NCBI GenBank assembly: GCA_973851085.1
Contig: OZ316776.1
Location: 15,500,001-15,564,000, forward strand
Direction: 5' to 3'
DNA: 64,000 nt
Source: Ptychomitrium polyphyllum
Taxonomy: Eukaryota
Shown here: one piece after another, positions 52,710 through 64,000 of the stretch
Layout: each line of letters begins with the position of its first letter
How positions within the stretch are numbered: position 1 is the stretch's first letter
Translations under genes and position numbers: made by a program
Notes under the pieces: model-generated
Database searches by the model: none
Seen by the model: only the letters and a program-made list of their open reading frames with translations
Told to the model about the DNA's origin: nothing

Positions 52710-52848
52710 GAAAGATGACACAACCTAGAAAGATGGAAAGATGGCATAAACTAGAAAGATGGAAAGATGACATAAACTAGAAAGATGGAAAGATGGCATA
52801 ACCTAGAAAGATGGAAAGATGACATAAACTAGAAAGATGGAAAGATGG
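52710..52848. repeat. Minisatellite, about five copies of a 26-bp unit
   Basis: (ctagaaagatggaaagatg[g/a]cataa[a/c])n, read directly. Confidence 0.92.
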
Positions 52849-53306
52849 TGCAGCATGGGCATTGTGACAGATATGGCCAATGTACGCCTCCTTTTTGATG
52901 ATAGCTTTTAAGAGGTAACAAGAACACCTCGACTGCTGTCACGGTTTCGGAAACTAAGATAATGTCACAAATAATTATATCAAAACAAACTCTTTTCCCT
53001 TACTATACATCAACGACATTTTTATACAAAAGAGTTCAGTATACAGACAAGGACCTCACGATGGATGAACAGATAGAAGACGAAGTCCGAGATGAAGCTG
53101 GCCTGACAGGAACGATAAACTAAATATTCATCCAAAGCCCCCTTCCTGAGGACTGGCCTCATTCTCCCCAAGCGCAGGTTTTTTTCCGGAACCGATTCTC
53201 TCTCAGGTTGCAATCCTTCGTTGCTTTCCGCTCTCCACGAAATCATTTGACATCCCCACGGATCTACAAGCACCCAATCTGGTCGTCTGCAGCAAGCCTT
53301 GGAGCT

Positions 53307-55328
53307 ATGGTAAGCTGCTTGCACACTTTCTGGATACACTCTGTGTGGAACTCAGCACCGGAGCTCAACGCTGTGGCTCTGCATTTCTCATCCATCGATT
53401 CACGTGAGGAGTGTTAGTCCAGGGATCGGGAGTTTGCATCTTCTGGATGGATTTGGGCTTCGATCTTCGGACTTTCTAGCGTTTTTGGGAAGGCTGCGTT
53501 TTTGGGCGCAGCTTGCTTATGGGAAGTGGTGGGGTCTGCTGGAGGTTCTGTGGTTGTGGATGGAGTTTGATGCATTATGGGATATGGAGGTGGCGTGTGT
53601 TTTTTTCTGGTTTGAAGTGGAGGTTTTGGAGCTTCATGTTGTGGGGATGAGAGGAGCATGGTGGGAGTTGCGCGTTTGATGTGTTGGGCGTGTTGGTTGG
53701 AACTTTCTCTGAATCGAGATTAGGGTCAGTGGGTGTGTATTGGGGACGTGATTGGAATGAAAGAAGATCGGTGGTGTTTTGTTTTGTCTTTCTGATGATT
53801 ATTATTTTAGCCTTTGACGTACTCAGGGGTGGTAGATTGTGTAGTATTGGTAGTTTATGGATGGTATGATTGAGGAGATGAGGTTTGAATACTAATTCTG
53901 ACTTTGGACGACTTGTGGTTTTGGAACAGATTCGATTCATACTTCTGCAGAATCGGCAGGGCAAAACTCGCCTGGCCAAATATTACATACCGTTGGAGGA
54001 TTCTGAGAAGCACAAGCTCGAGTATGAGGTAGTGACTACCTACAGCTCATGTAGGCTAACATTCATTGATGATCGAAGTTTGCAATGGATCAGAGTGTGC
54101 CTCCAAACGTGCATGTTCTTGCACGCTCTGTGTGAATTTGGTGGATGTCGGGTCACTACTTATGAGATTCCCATCATACGAGGCGTGTTTGGACTGCATT
54201 TTCTTAAAAGTGAGTTAAAGTATGGGAGGCTTGTATTGAGCTTTGCAGTGTTGTGTAGGTTCACAGGCTGGTAGTAAACAGAGATCCGAAGTTCACGAAT
54301 TTCGTAGAGGTGAGCTTTTCACGTTTAACTTAGGTTTCCTTTACAGACAAAGCGTGCTCGAATTTGCCCGATATATCGCTCCAGTTGGATCGACTTATTC
54401 CGGCGGCGGCAGCAGCAGCAGCAGTGACATTGGTAGTTTAGATTGTAGTTTGTTTGAGAGCCGATCTTCGTGAATGAGTCTCAAATGAGTCATTTGGAGG
54501 TTACAAAGTCTTTAGTGTGAAGATGGTATTATGTGGTGAGTACCCAATTCTGGACGTAGTGTGAACTGTTAGCTTTAAACCTCACATCACGTCTGTGTGA
54601 AACGAAATGGAATGTGTTAACATTGCACTGGTGTTTATTGGAAATGTTGTTGGACAGTTTCGAACACACAAGGTCATCTATCGACGTTACGCTGGCCTTT
54701 TCTTCTCAATGTGTGTCGATATCACGGACAACGAGCTGGCTTACCTTGAAAGTATTCATTTGTTTGTGGAGATATTGGATCATTTCTTCAGTAACGTTTG
54801 TGAGCTGGATTTGGTGTTCAATTTCCACAAGGCAAAATTTCAACACTGCTTTTGGCATCGCTTTTGAAGTTTGATACATGTGATTCAAATGATTTGATTC
54901 AAATGATTCAACTGGATGATGGCACTACAATTATCTGAGTTGTATCTTGAACGTTTGTGATCGAAAGGGGGTCTATGAATAAAAGCGTCATTCATTGGCT
55001 GACAGGTATATTTAATATTGGACGAGTTCATTCTTGCTGGCGAATTGCAAGAAACGAGTAAGAAGGTATGCTCTAAAATTGTTTATGCATGTCATGGGAG
55101 ATTGAGAGGAATGAGGTTCTTCATATGCCAGCAGATATAGTCGAATTCTGAAAACAATAATTGATTTGCACCAGCTATGCATGCTTGTTGACAGTCCACA
55201 TCTATCGAAGGTTTTGTTTATCTATGCTTGATCTTCATTGTGTTGCTACTGTGCTTCAAATATTAAGATCAATTCATCTGGTGCAGGCAATCATCGAAAG
55301 AATGGGGGAGCTGGAGAAGCAGGATTAA
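53307..55328 (+). CDS. AP2S: AP-2 adaptor complex sigma subunit, 142 aa; exons 53307-53309, 53930-54028, 54259-54309, 54658-54831, 55006-55065, 55287-55328
   Basis: The joined frame reads [20 protein letters not shown]...[35 protein letters not shown]...[41 protein letters not shown], the expected length and sequence. The first exon is ATG|GTAAGC and intron 4 is GC-AG. Confidence 0.96.
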
Positions 55329-57982
55329 CTAGTTTCTCTTTTCTTATCTTCTATAGTCCTTTCATTGAGAAATTTCATTCTTCATTTTGACGAATGCATG
55401 AACTGTAGTGGGTTTAGGTCCTTAGTCATTTAATTCCTGTGATACTTGCGCCTTGTATGACTACAGATCGGATTTTTAACGTAGACAAGATGTATTCTAT
55501 GGATGTCAGGTCTTAGCTAATCTTATTTGAACCTGCCGCGTTATGTGAGATCATGATTCTGAAAGTTCATGTCATTCCATTGTCTAATCCACGTAATAAC
55601 AGATCTAATATTCTATATTCTAAGAACCCTACTTTGAGAATGGCTTTGTTTTTCTAGACAACGTTTCAAACACTACTGTATCTATCATGTTCAAGTATCC
55701 ATTTATCCATTTGTAGATTGTCAATTTCACTGGTTCCTATCATACTTCATCATTCCTCTAGGGCTAAGTGAGAAACACCTATTTAAATAATACCTACATG
55801 TTAGAATGATTTGAGATGTAATTGAGATTACTTTCTAAATTTCTAATGTTTTAGATATCGAATGAGGCACCATACAAGCTTTTAGTGTCTTTTTTCAAAG
55901 AATATCATAGATTTAGAAATTTCCTTAAGGATCTTCTCAAAGAATCGTTTCAAGAATAAATAGGTTACCTCAAATTTAAAGAAATAATTCATGAAGTATT
56001 GTGTAGAATGATAAATTTGATCTCCAATGATTGATTTTGCAAATATAAACCAAATGATTGTTAGTCATTAAAAAGATAAAATGAGTATTGTACTTCATTA
56101 GCATATTTTTTACTTTTACTAACAAGATTTATATATTTTTTAGATTTGAAATTCAACTATAATTCTCTTTTCAGGTATAAAGAACAATCAAGCACTCTAA
56201 CCATGCATTTCAAAATCTTATTTAAAAAAGATAAAACATGAAGATAATTATGTTTGATTTTCTTGTCAATATGCTAACACAATCTTCTTTAAATGGATGC
56301 CCATATATTATAATGAATAGAAAAAATTTAGTATTTCATTTATTGTCTAAATAATAAAGATTGTAAAGTTTGTTAAATATTGTTTATATAATAAGATTTG
56401 ATTGGAATGCTCCACTATGGAAGTAGTGCAAGGTATTCTAGTTAATAAACATTTTAAAAATCTTTAGCTTTGGTATCTAATGGAAAATCCATTGTTACAT
56501 TCATATTTAGAAATAGAAATAAAAATAGAAATATATTGAATTTTATTATAATACTTTTAAAAGTAAAATTAATATTGAAAGTATTTATTAATATAAATAT
56601 AAAATGCTTTTGTATGCCTAATACTTAAGTTCTAGATGTTCATCTATGACAACTATCAAAAAAGAGGCTCAAGAAGATACAAAAGTTATGCATTTGTTTT
56701 GAAAAAAAAAATCCTACTTTTCTGCCATTTTCTAAAATACTTTTATATTCTTTAAAATGATTTGTCAACCACCAAATTTTGTTTACTATTGTTTTGAAAA
56801 CTTCAAATTGTGTGTGGATACCAAAAAAATGTTATATTAAAGTTTTGTGACACCATGTAGTTTCTCATTCCAACTTCTATCTTTTACAAAAACTTTAAAT
56901 TTTAAATAATCATGCATATAAAAGTTCAATAAAAGAATAGTATCAAATTAATTTGATGAAAAGACATAAGTACATCAATTAGATGAAAAGACTTCATTTT
57001 TCACAACAAAATTTATCTCTTTATAAAAAGAAAATGATTAACAAATTATCATCCTTCCATCAAGTTTTTTTCCAAAAAATATACTACATTAAATAACTTT
57101 GGAAATGAAGCTACATTGAAGCAAACAAAGATGTATTTTATCACCTTAATAATATCATTCTTGGTAATATTACATCTTGTTTATGCCTCCAAGGAATTAA
57201 GACAAAACCTTCCCAATTCAAAACCACCTATTTATTATTATTGTTACTTTTACTAATATTAATTTTTGTTTAAAAGAAATTACACTAAATTGTAATAACA
57301 ATAAAGAAATGTAATGTGTATAGGGATATTTAATATAGGATTAGGATACATTAGATAATTAACATAGTATACGTTAAAGGTGCTCTTCCAACTCCATCTT
57401 TCGACCATTAGATGCTTCCATCTCATGCTACATAGAGATATCCTATCATAAATAAATTAAAATATGTATTAATTTCTTTGAATCATTGTTTATTCTAAAC
57501 TTATTGGTGCCAGATTTACACTTCAAATATAATATTTTGAGATTATCACTATTTGATATTATAACATTTTTGGACCAAACAAAGGGTGTGATAATATAAA
57601 AAATAGAGTGTGTCTTTTTCACACAATCGCTTCCATTTTGGCATTTGAAAGTAAAGCAAGTGAGCATTGTATGGTTAAATAATGTAAAGCATAATCTGCA
57701 GCCTGAGAGCAAAGTAAGGGAATCAGGTCACACCCATGGCAGGCCCAGCCACAAGAACACAAACGACCCCCATGGCCCACTCTCGAATCTTCTGTCAACT
57801 TGGCAAACCGAACTATTTCGGCACTAGAACGGAATCACTTGCATCGTCCGATCACTCCTGGCACCCTGCCTCGTCCAAGCAACCCTTCCATCAATAGCCC
57901 CACCCACACGCCCACCCACCAACATAGCCCCGGCCCACCACTTGAGCCTGCCCAGCATCAAAGAGGATAACCTGCACTGGGG

Positions 57983-58171
57983 CATGAGCATGAAGCATGA
58001 GCGGGCATGAGTATCAGTATGAGCATGAAGCAAGAATAGGAAGCATGAGCATAAGCAGGGAGAGGGAGCAGGAGCTGGAAGCAGGAGCACTAGCATGAGT
58101 ATGAGCATGAGTATGAGCATGAGTATGAATATGAGTATGAGTAAGAGCATGTGCAGGAGCATGAGCATGAG
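57983..58171. repeat. Degenerate hexanucleotide microsatellite (ATGAGY)n
   Basis: The core gcatgagtatgagcatgagtatgagcatgagtatgaatatgagtatgag lies at about 58094-58145, with decayed flanks. Confidence 0.85.
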
Positions 58172-60026
58172 ACCGAGATTACTGCACAGGAACTTGTCGA
58201 CCAGGTGCAGGTGGGCCACAGCGGTCACTGGTAACGGAGGAACGTAGTTATATCTCTGTCATTGGATCCATCTCCATCTGCGGGGCTGGCCAAGGTAGCA
58301 CCTTTTAAGTTTCTTTACCGCACAGCCCTGGATCTGGATTCTGCACTTCCACGATCAAGCGGCATCGTCACTAGTCCCAGCATTCTCCGGATGAACGGGT
58401 GAGCCAGGAACTATGTGTTGTACAGTTTGCAGTATTTTCGCACTCAACTATCAGCCTCTCATTAATGCAGCCACCTCCACCGCCACCAGCACATGGCAAC
58501 AATTTTGTGCCGAGCTTTTCTCGACAGGGAGGGATGTTTCAGTTGTAAGTTATGTTAGATCCTGGTTGCTGGTGAGAGGCGAGTAGGGTTTTGACAGATC
58601 TTCTCTGTTGGGAGTGTTGTGCATAGCTTGATTAGGTTCGTCTCTGTTTGAGTTTTTGTGGAGTTTGTGGGAGGGAGAAGAGGAGGGTGGTCGTTCTTTT
58701 TTGGGGTGGGGTTAAGGGTTAAGTGAGGTATGAGTGATGGTGTTTTTGGGGGTGAAAGGAATGTGGAGCGGTGTTTGTGCTTTTGTGCTGGCGATGGCGA
58801 CTGGGTTTGAAATAGGAGGTTATCAACTAGATAATGTGGTGGGAGTTTGCTGGTGAGTGTGGGGAGTGCGATGTCGCATTAGCATGACGAGGTGTAGACT
58901 GCATTTCAGCTGGAGGCTTGGGAGTGGGGTGTTTGGTTTTGGCGGTTGAATTCCCTGCTGTTGGGAGGGTGTTCGATGTGGTAGTGAACTTACGGAAGTG
59001 TGCACTTGAGTACTGAGGTGTGGAGGGGTTCGACAAGTACGAGGGCATCTTTGTAACCCTATTTCGTGTTGACCTTGTCATGTTGTGTGACCTTCAACTC
59101 ATTCGATTGATAGTGTAAAAAAACATGTTCGAATATATTGGTTCCTTGGATGTTTGATGGTTTATGATGACTTATCTTTTGTGCGATTTGACTGAGTCCT
59201 TTTGCCTTCGTCGTTTTAGAACTTATAGAACGGGTTTTGTGCTCTACGCTAGTGTTAAACTGGTTATTTCCGCGAAGTTGAAACTTTATTTAAACTGTGT
59301 AAGTTGTAGGAATTGGTTTAGTTTAGTTTGGTTGTTTTGAATACAACACTTTATTTTGCTGGCTAGCGGGAGGAAAATTGTTCCTTGGAAACTGATTCAC
59401 AGAAAATCGGCTTGCTGTTTTTGCATTCTTTGTAGCAACTGTGATTATACTATAGATGGCCAGGTATCTGGAAACTGGTATTATAGCAGTTATGAACTGG
59501 AACGAGACTTTATAGCAATATTGGAATTTTGCAAAGACTCATGTTTGGAGTTCAGCTCATCGATGGTAAATTCAATGCACGATCCTCATCAATTGCAGCT
59601 TCTTTTTGTTAATAGCAGAAGTTTGTGTCTATGTTGGGCTAAGTGGGATGGCTTTTCCTTAATAGAGGGAGTAGTGTTCGAGCTCGATCTCGTGGGTGGC
59701 TTGGAATGTAGTGGCAAGTTTGCAATAATCCTTCAAGCAAGGTTAGGGTTGGTATCCGTTGGTTCAGGAGCTGGTCAGCTTGGAGTAAAATGTGTGTTAC
59801 TGTTCTGTTAAACCGAATGGTCTCTATTTGTCCTTCGATCCATTCAGGGGTTCTAGGTTATGTAGAAGGAACTGTCTGTAAATTGTGAGTTTCAGGGGAC
59901 GGGAGAAACATCAGGTCTAACTATTGATCACGTGTCTCTTGCAGTGGATTGGGCACTTCTGCAGAATTCGAATTGAGAGGCGAGCTTTGTGTTAGAGTAG
60001 AATGTGTTTTTAGCTGAGAACTACTC

Positions 60027-62809
60027 ATGAACATGGAGGAAGAAGACGGTGTTGCATACAATCGTGGGCCTGCTATGGGGAATGATACATTGGCATTGAA
60101 TTATTCTCATAAAGCCGGTGTTGATGCTGGTAGTGTAGACCTTGTAGGAAGATTGAAGACCTTGAGCTCTGGTCGGAAGAAGCTGATGACCAAGTATTTC
60201 GATCTTGAAGAGGTTGAGAGTGGACCTCTGTTGTCTGAGTACTTTGCAGTGTCACTGGCGTTCGTAGCCTTGGGTGCCATGATCCGAGAAGCTAATGTAA
60301 GAATGCGAAGAAAGGATAAAGATAACTCTGATGGGGTGTCGCCGAAGCTGCAAAGGATGGCATTAGATTCCATGCTCAAGTCAGCCATGGAGAGGTTGCG
60401 AGGACTGGCGCATAGGACACAAACGCTGGAAGAAAAAGTCCGGGACAGGTCTTACATGGAGGCAGCCTTCCAGTTCGAAAGACTTGAATTCTTGAAGCGG
60501 ATAAGCGGTTTGGAAGCTATCATCACAAAGCACGAAGCTGCCATTGCAAAGACTGTTGAGACAGAGGCAGTCTGGCGCAGGGAGAAGGAGGACCTTGTTA
60601 AGCGCATTGCAGATGTCGATGCTCAAAGAGGGTATTTCTTTAAGAAAATGGCCGAGGCTGAAGGTTCGTTAGGGGATATGCAGCGGCTTCGTATGGAAGA
60701 TGGAAAAGCCAACGCAAAATTGGTTGAAATCTATGCCGGCAGAGAGCAATCCTGGAAATCGGAGAGGATAAAGATGAGGCATGAGATTGAATTCTTGAAG
60801 GAGAAACTGAGTAAATTGCAACCACAGTCACAGATGAAGTCTCCTCGTTCGTTTGATGCGGCTGCAGAAGCCCTGAGAATGAGAAACTTGAAGCGCAGAG
60901 CGAAGGAGATGGCGAGGGAGAAGGTAGTTAGTGAAAGAGAGTTTGCTGCTCTCGTCGCTGTTGAGCGAATCCCTAAATCCGACATGAATTCAAGTAACAT
61001 TCTGCAATGACCTAACCTTTTTCTTTTTTCGTTGTAATCATTTGTTTGAGGATAACTTTATGGGGTTTCAACACACTTTTAATGCATGTTCAATGACTTT
61101 TGCACACTATGTCAAGCTACAGCATGAAGAAGAGAAATTATTAGAGCGTTTATTTGTAGGGTTTCAGATTTGTTGATCTACATTCTTCTGTACTTTGGGC
61201 CGCTGTTATTATCACGTTAGACTAATACGTTGGAAACTGGAATGCAGAGTCTTCGAAGGAGTCTCCTGTTCCTGATGATGACCGGAAAGATTCGGAAGAT
61301 GCAGATTCTCATGAACTATCAGCAGCTCAGAATCAGGAAATGGAAGCTGAGCTGGCAATTATATTAAAGCGAGTTGGAGCGCTGAAGAGAAGGGGGACTT
61401 CCGGAAGCAAGCTTGATGAACTGCTCAATGAAGCCAAAGGTAAACCTAAGTTTAAGCGCTTAGGATCTTTCGATCAAGCTCCTAAAGGCATGGTTGTTGA
61501 TGACACATTTTTGAAGGATGTAGAAATTGACAAGGAAGATGTTAGAGACATTTGGCAAGCAATTGAAGTCCAAGAAGGTAAAAGTGTACAGAGACGCAAT
61601 GGCCTTGTTGACAAAGTGGCTTCGAAAACAGAGCCAGTACGTTTCGGTTTTGTTGGCTCCGCAGAATCTACTCGAGAGAAGACTAATTCTCCAGAGAGTA
61701 ATACGAGTCAACGTTCCCCTGAAAGGTTGGCTGTTGCCGATCACGACAGAGCTCCAGTTCGTATGAGTGTTCTGGACTCCGCAGAGTTCATTCAGGAGAA
61801 TCCTAAGCCTAACACTCTGGAGAAGAGCACTAACCCACGTATTCCTGAGTGGTTGACTGTTGTGGATAGCGATAGAGATCTAGAAAGCGTTGAAGTAAAT
61901 AGCAATTTGTATTCAGAACCGATGGTTCGTACTGAGGATGAATCTCTGAACCCAGATGAGGGCGGTTGGGAAGAGTTTATTCAGGAGAAGTTTAATACTT
62001 TGGAGAATATCAGTGAACGCACTCCTGAAGGGTTGATTGTTGCAGTCCACGACAGCATTCCAGAATGTGTTGCAGTAAACAGCAAGTTGACTCCAGTACA
62101 GACAGTTGAACCTTTGAACCTAGATGAAGATAGCTGGGTAGAATCAATAGAGTACAAGAATAGTTGGGAACAGGACTTTAAAGGTTACGCAATTATATGT
62201 GCAGAGCCCGGAAGTCCTGATAAAATTCCGGTTTCAAGTTCTGCTCATGATCCAGTTGGAGATGGTCTTTATGATCTCATTCAGTTTGAGGATGACATTA
62301 AAAGCGAAATCCTTGTAGGCACTGACCAGCTCGAGGAGGGTGGTACTCAACTTTCTTCTGATTTTCAGGGGCAAACAGACGCTTCAGCTCTAGAGAATGA
62401 TCAAATAATGGCAGAACCCAGCAATTCTGGTGAAATTCCAGGTGTAAGTCCCACCCATGATTCAGTTGCCTTTAGTGTCGTTGATAATCTCGAGCTGCTT
62501 AAGGACGAAGTTGGATTGAGAAATCCTATTGGTATCTCTCCCAGCTCAGATAATGACCTTATAGATATGGATCATGTTGATGATCTGGACAGAGCGGATA
62601 CTTCTGAAAGGCACATTGATGATATGAGTGATAATGATCAATCTTCCACAGCCCAGAGTGATGGGCAAAATCTTCAAACAGCTCAAGATGACCTAAACAA
62701 TTCGACTTATCAGCTTTCATCTCGTCGAACAAATCAGCAGCTTTCACCTGGTCGAACCATTATAGCAGGCTTTGAGCTGAAACCTCAGGAGTTAAATGGT
62801 GTTGACTGA
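60027..62809 (+). CDS. Coiled-coil protein of the plant 'ribonuclease P p38-related' (At5g53020/At3g45900-like) family with a long acidic tail, ~842 aa; exons 60027-60993, 61248-62809
   Basis: A phase-1 intron (CAA|GTAACA ... TGCAG|AG) joins the two long ORFs in frame. YFAVSLAFVAL and RMEDGKANAKLVEIYAGREQSWKSER resemble the family motifs as recalled (YFGVSCAF, EDAKANEKVVGIFA..EQ.W..ER). The family name does not establish RNase P function. Confidence 0.82.
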
Positions 62810-63922
62810 CTCAGGTAATCCATCCTCGCATGTACAGGTTTTTTGACGTCCGTATTAATTTACTTTGTCTGGATTTTTCCTATTTTCTGGAATTAGAGTG
62901 TTCAGCTTTTCTCAGTTTGGTATTAACATCACTTCTGATTCCGATGGGTCGTTACGTTTTCAAGCAGGGTTGTCACAGTATTAGGCATTATTAAAGTGTC
63001 AACCTCAGCGTTAAGTACAGAATGGAGATATCTCTAATGGGGTAAAGATATCTTCGTTTCAGAAGTAAGTAGAACCTCTTGATTCTGAGTTCTTTTAGTG
63101 TATGTAGTATTACAGTTTACGTAACTCAATCGTCCTGTATTATAAAAAAGCTCTAAAGAATTGTGACCATTGAGTTTAGTAGTCTTCAGTTTCTCCCACC
63201 AAAAGTCTTATGACGAACTATACTGCATTATCAGCTCTTGAATAAAATCTTGATATTCTGAAATTTAAACATAAAATATATACACCTTTTTCGGTTCTAT
63301 GTGGTAATTTTGACCAAAGTTTTTGATTGTGATGATCTCTAGTACCATGTGCTGACAAGTTGAGGCTTCCTCATCTATATATTGCTGTTGATGATGAGCA
63401 TCTCAAGTGCTGGGTGCTTTCATACATGAACCTGAGGCCGGCTTTCTACATATGCAAATGTGAAATTCTTAAACCAGGGGCCAGGTGTTTAAGGGGAAAT
63501 TAGAGAGTTCTGAAGGTGTCCAGCAATGTTTTTCTTTCCTGTTAATTTGTTACCAGATTGGCTAGTAATTTTTCATTCTTGGAATATATTTGGTTACATA
63601 TTTCCTAATTTTCCATATTTGTGTGACCAAAAATGCTTTTGTTCATTTGAGGTATTTACCAATTCGTAATGAATTTGTATATGTCAATACAAAATTGCAC
63701 ATATGCATGAATAGGAGGCATTAACATTGATGAAAATTTCTTTGCATTGTCACTCTACTTGTTGTTAATGTGGCTATTATTTAGAAAATAAAGAAAGACC
63801 TCAATATACAAAGGACTTATAACTTGCTTGCTTGTAATCTGTGTACTTCAGTGCTTGATATCATCATGGAATAATTGGGAGTAAATAACTTGGAGAGTTT
63901 ATAACCAAGAAAGCCATCTAAA

Positions 63923-64000
63923 TATATTGTTCAATTTGATATTTCTTGTAGTGTGATTTTTGATAAAGATATTGTTCAATTTGATATTTCTTTTAGTGTG
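63923..64000. repeat. Two-copy direct repeat, truncated by the window edge
   Basis: atattgttcaatttgatatttctt(g/t)tagtgtg occurs twice with a period of about 45 bp. Confidence 0.8.

Noticed and set aside
57824..58228. 134-aa hydrophobic ORF (LMLILML...)
   Set aside because: An artefact of the (ATGAGY)n microsatellite.
59356..59811. 151-aa ORF
   Set aside because: It has a non-ATG start and lies in the probable 5' UTR intron of the coiled-coil gene (donor near 58545, acceptor at 59944).
62815..62970. Splice donor just after the stop codon as an NMD trigger
   Set aside because: It lies only 5 nt past the stop, inside the distance that normally escapes NMD, and the acceptor is uncertain.

Overview
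Eukaryotic plant nuclear DNA with GC-rich spliced genes separated by very AT-rich, transposon-littered intergenic DNA. The gene and transposon content suggests a moss of the Physcomitrium/Funariaceae type (inference). Six protein-coding genes can be reconstructed with splice sites: an unknown minus-strand gene running off the left edge, a divergently oriented unknown zinc-ribbon gene, a BIGE1/DTX54-like MATE transporter (with a first exon the ORF track does not join), a LEA_2/NHL-type gene, the AP-2 sigma subunit (ATG-only first coding exon, one GC-AG intron), and a coiled-coil 'RNase P p38-related' gene. There is also a frameshifted SnRK2 kinase fragment, one decayed full-length Ty3/gypsy chromovirus (29437-35841), and at least six solo or degraded LTRs of the same family. 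The most notable signals are in the retrotransposon. Its primer-binding site is complementary to the predicted 5' end of its own transcript (Tf1-type self-priming). It carries a decayed extra sense ORF between pol and the 3' LTR. Its LTRs carry perfect heat-shock elements plus variable GAAnnTTC arrays. All exon coordinates and family calls were read by eye, without database searches or RNA data.
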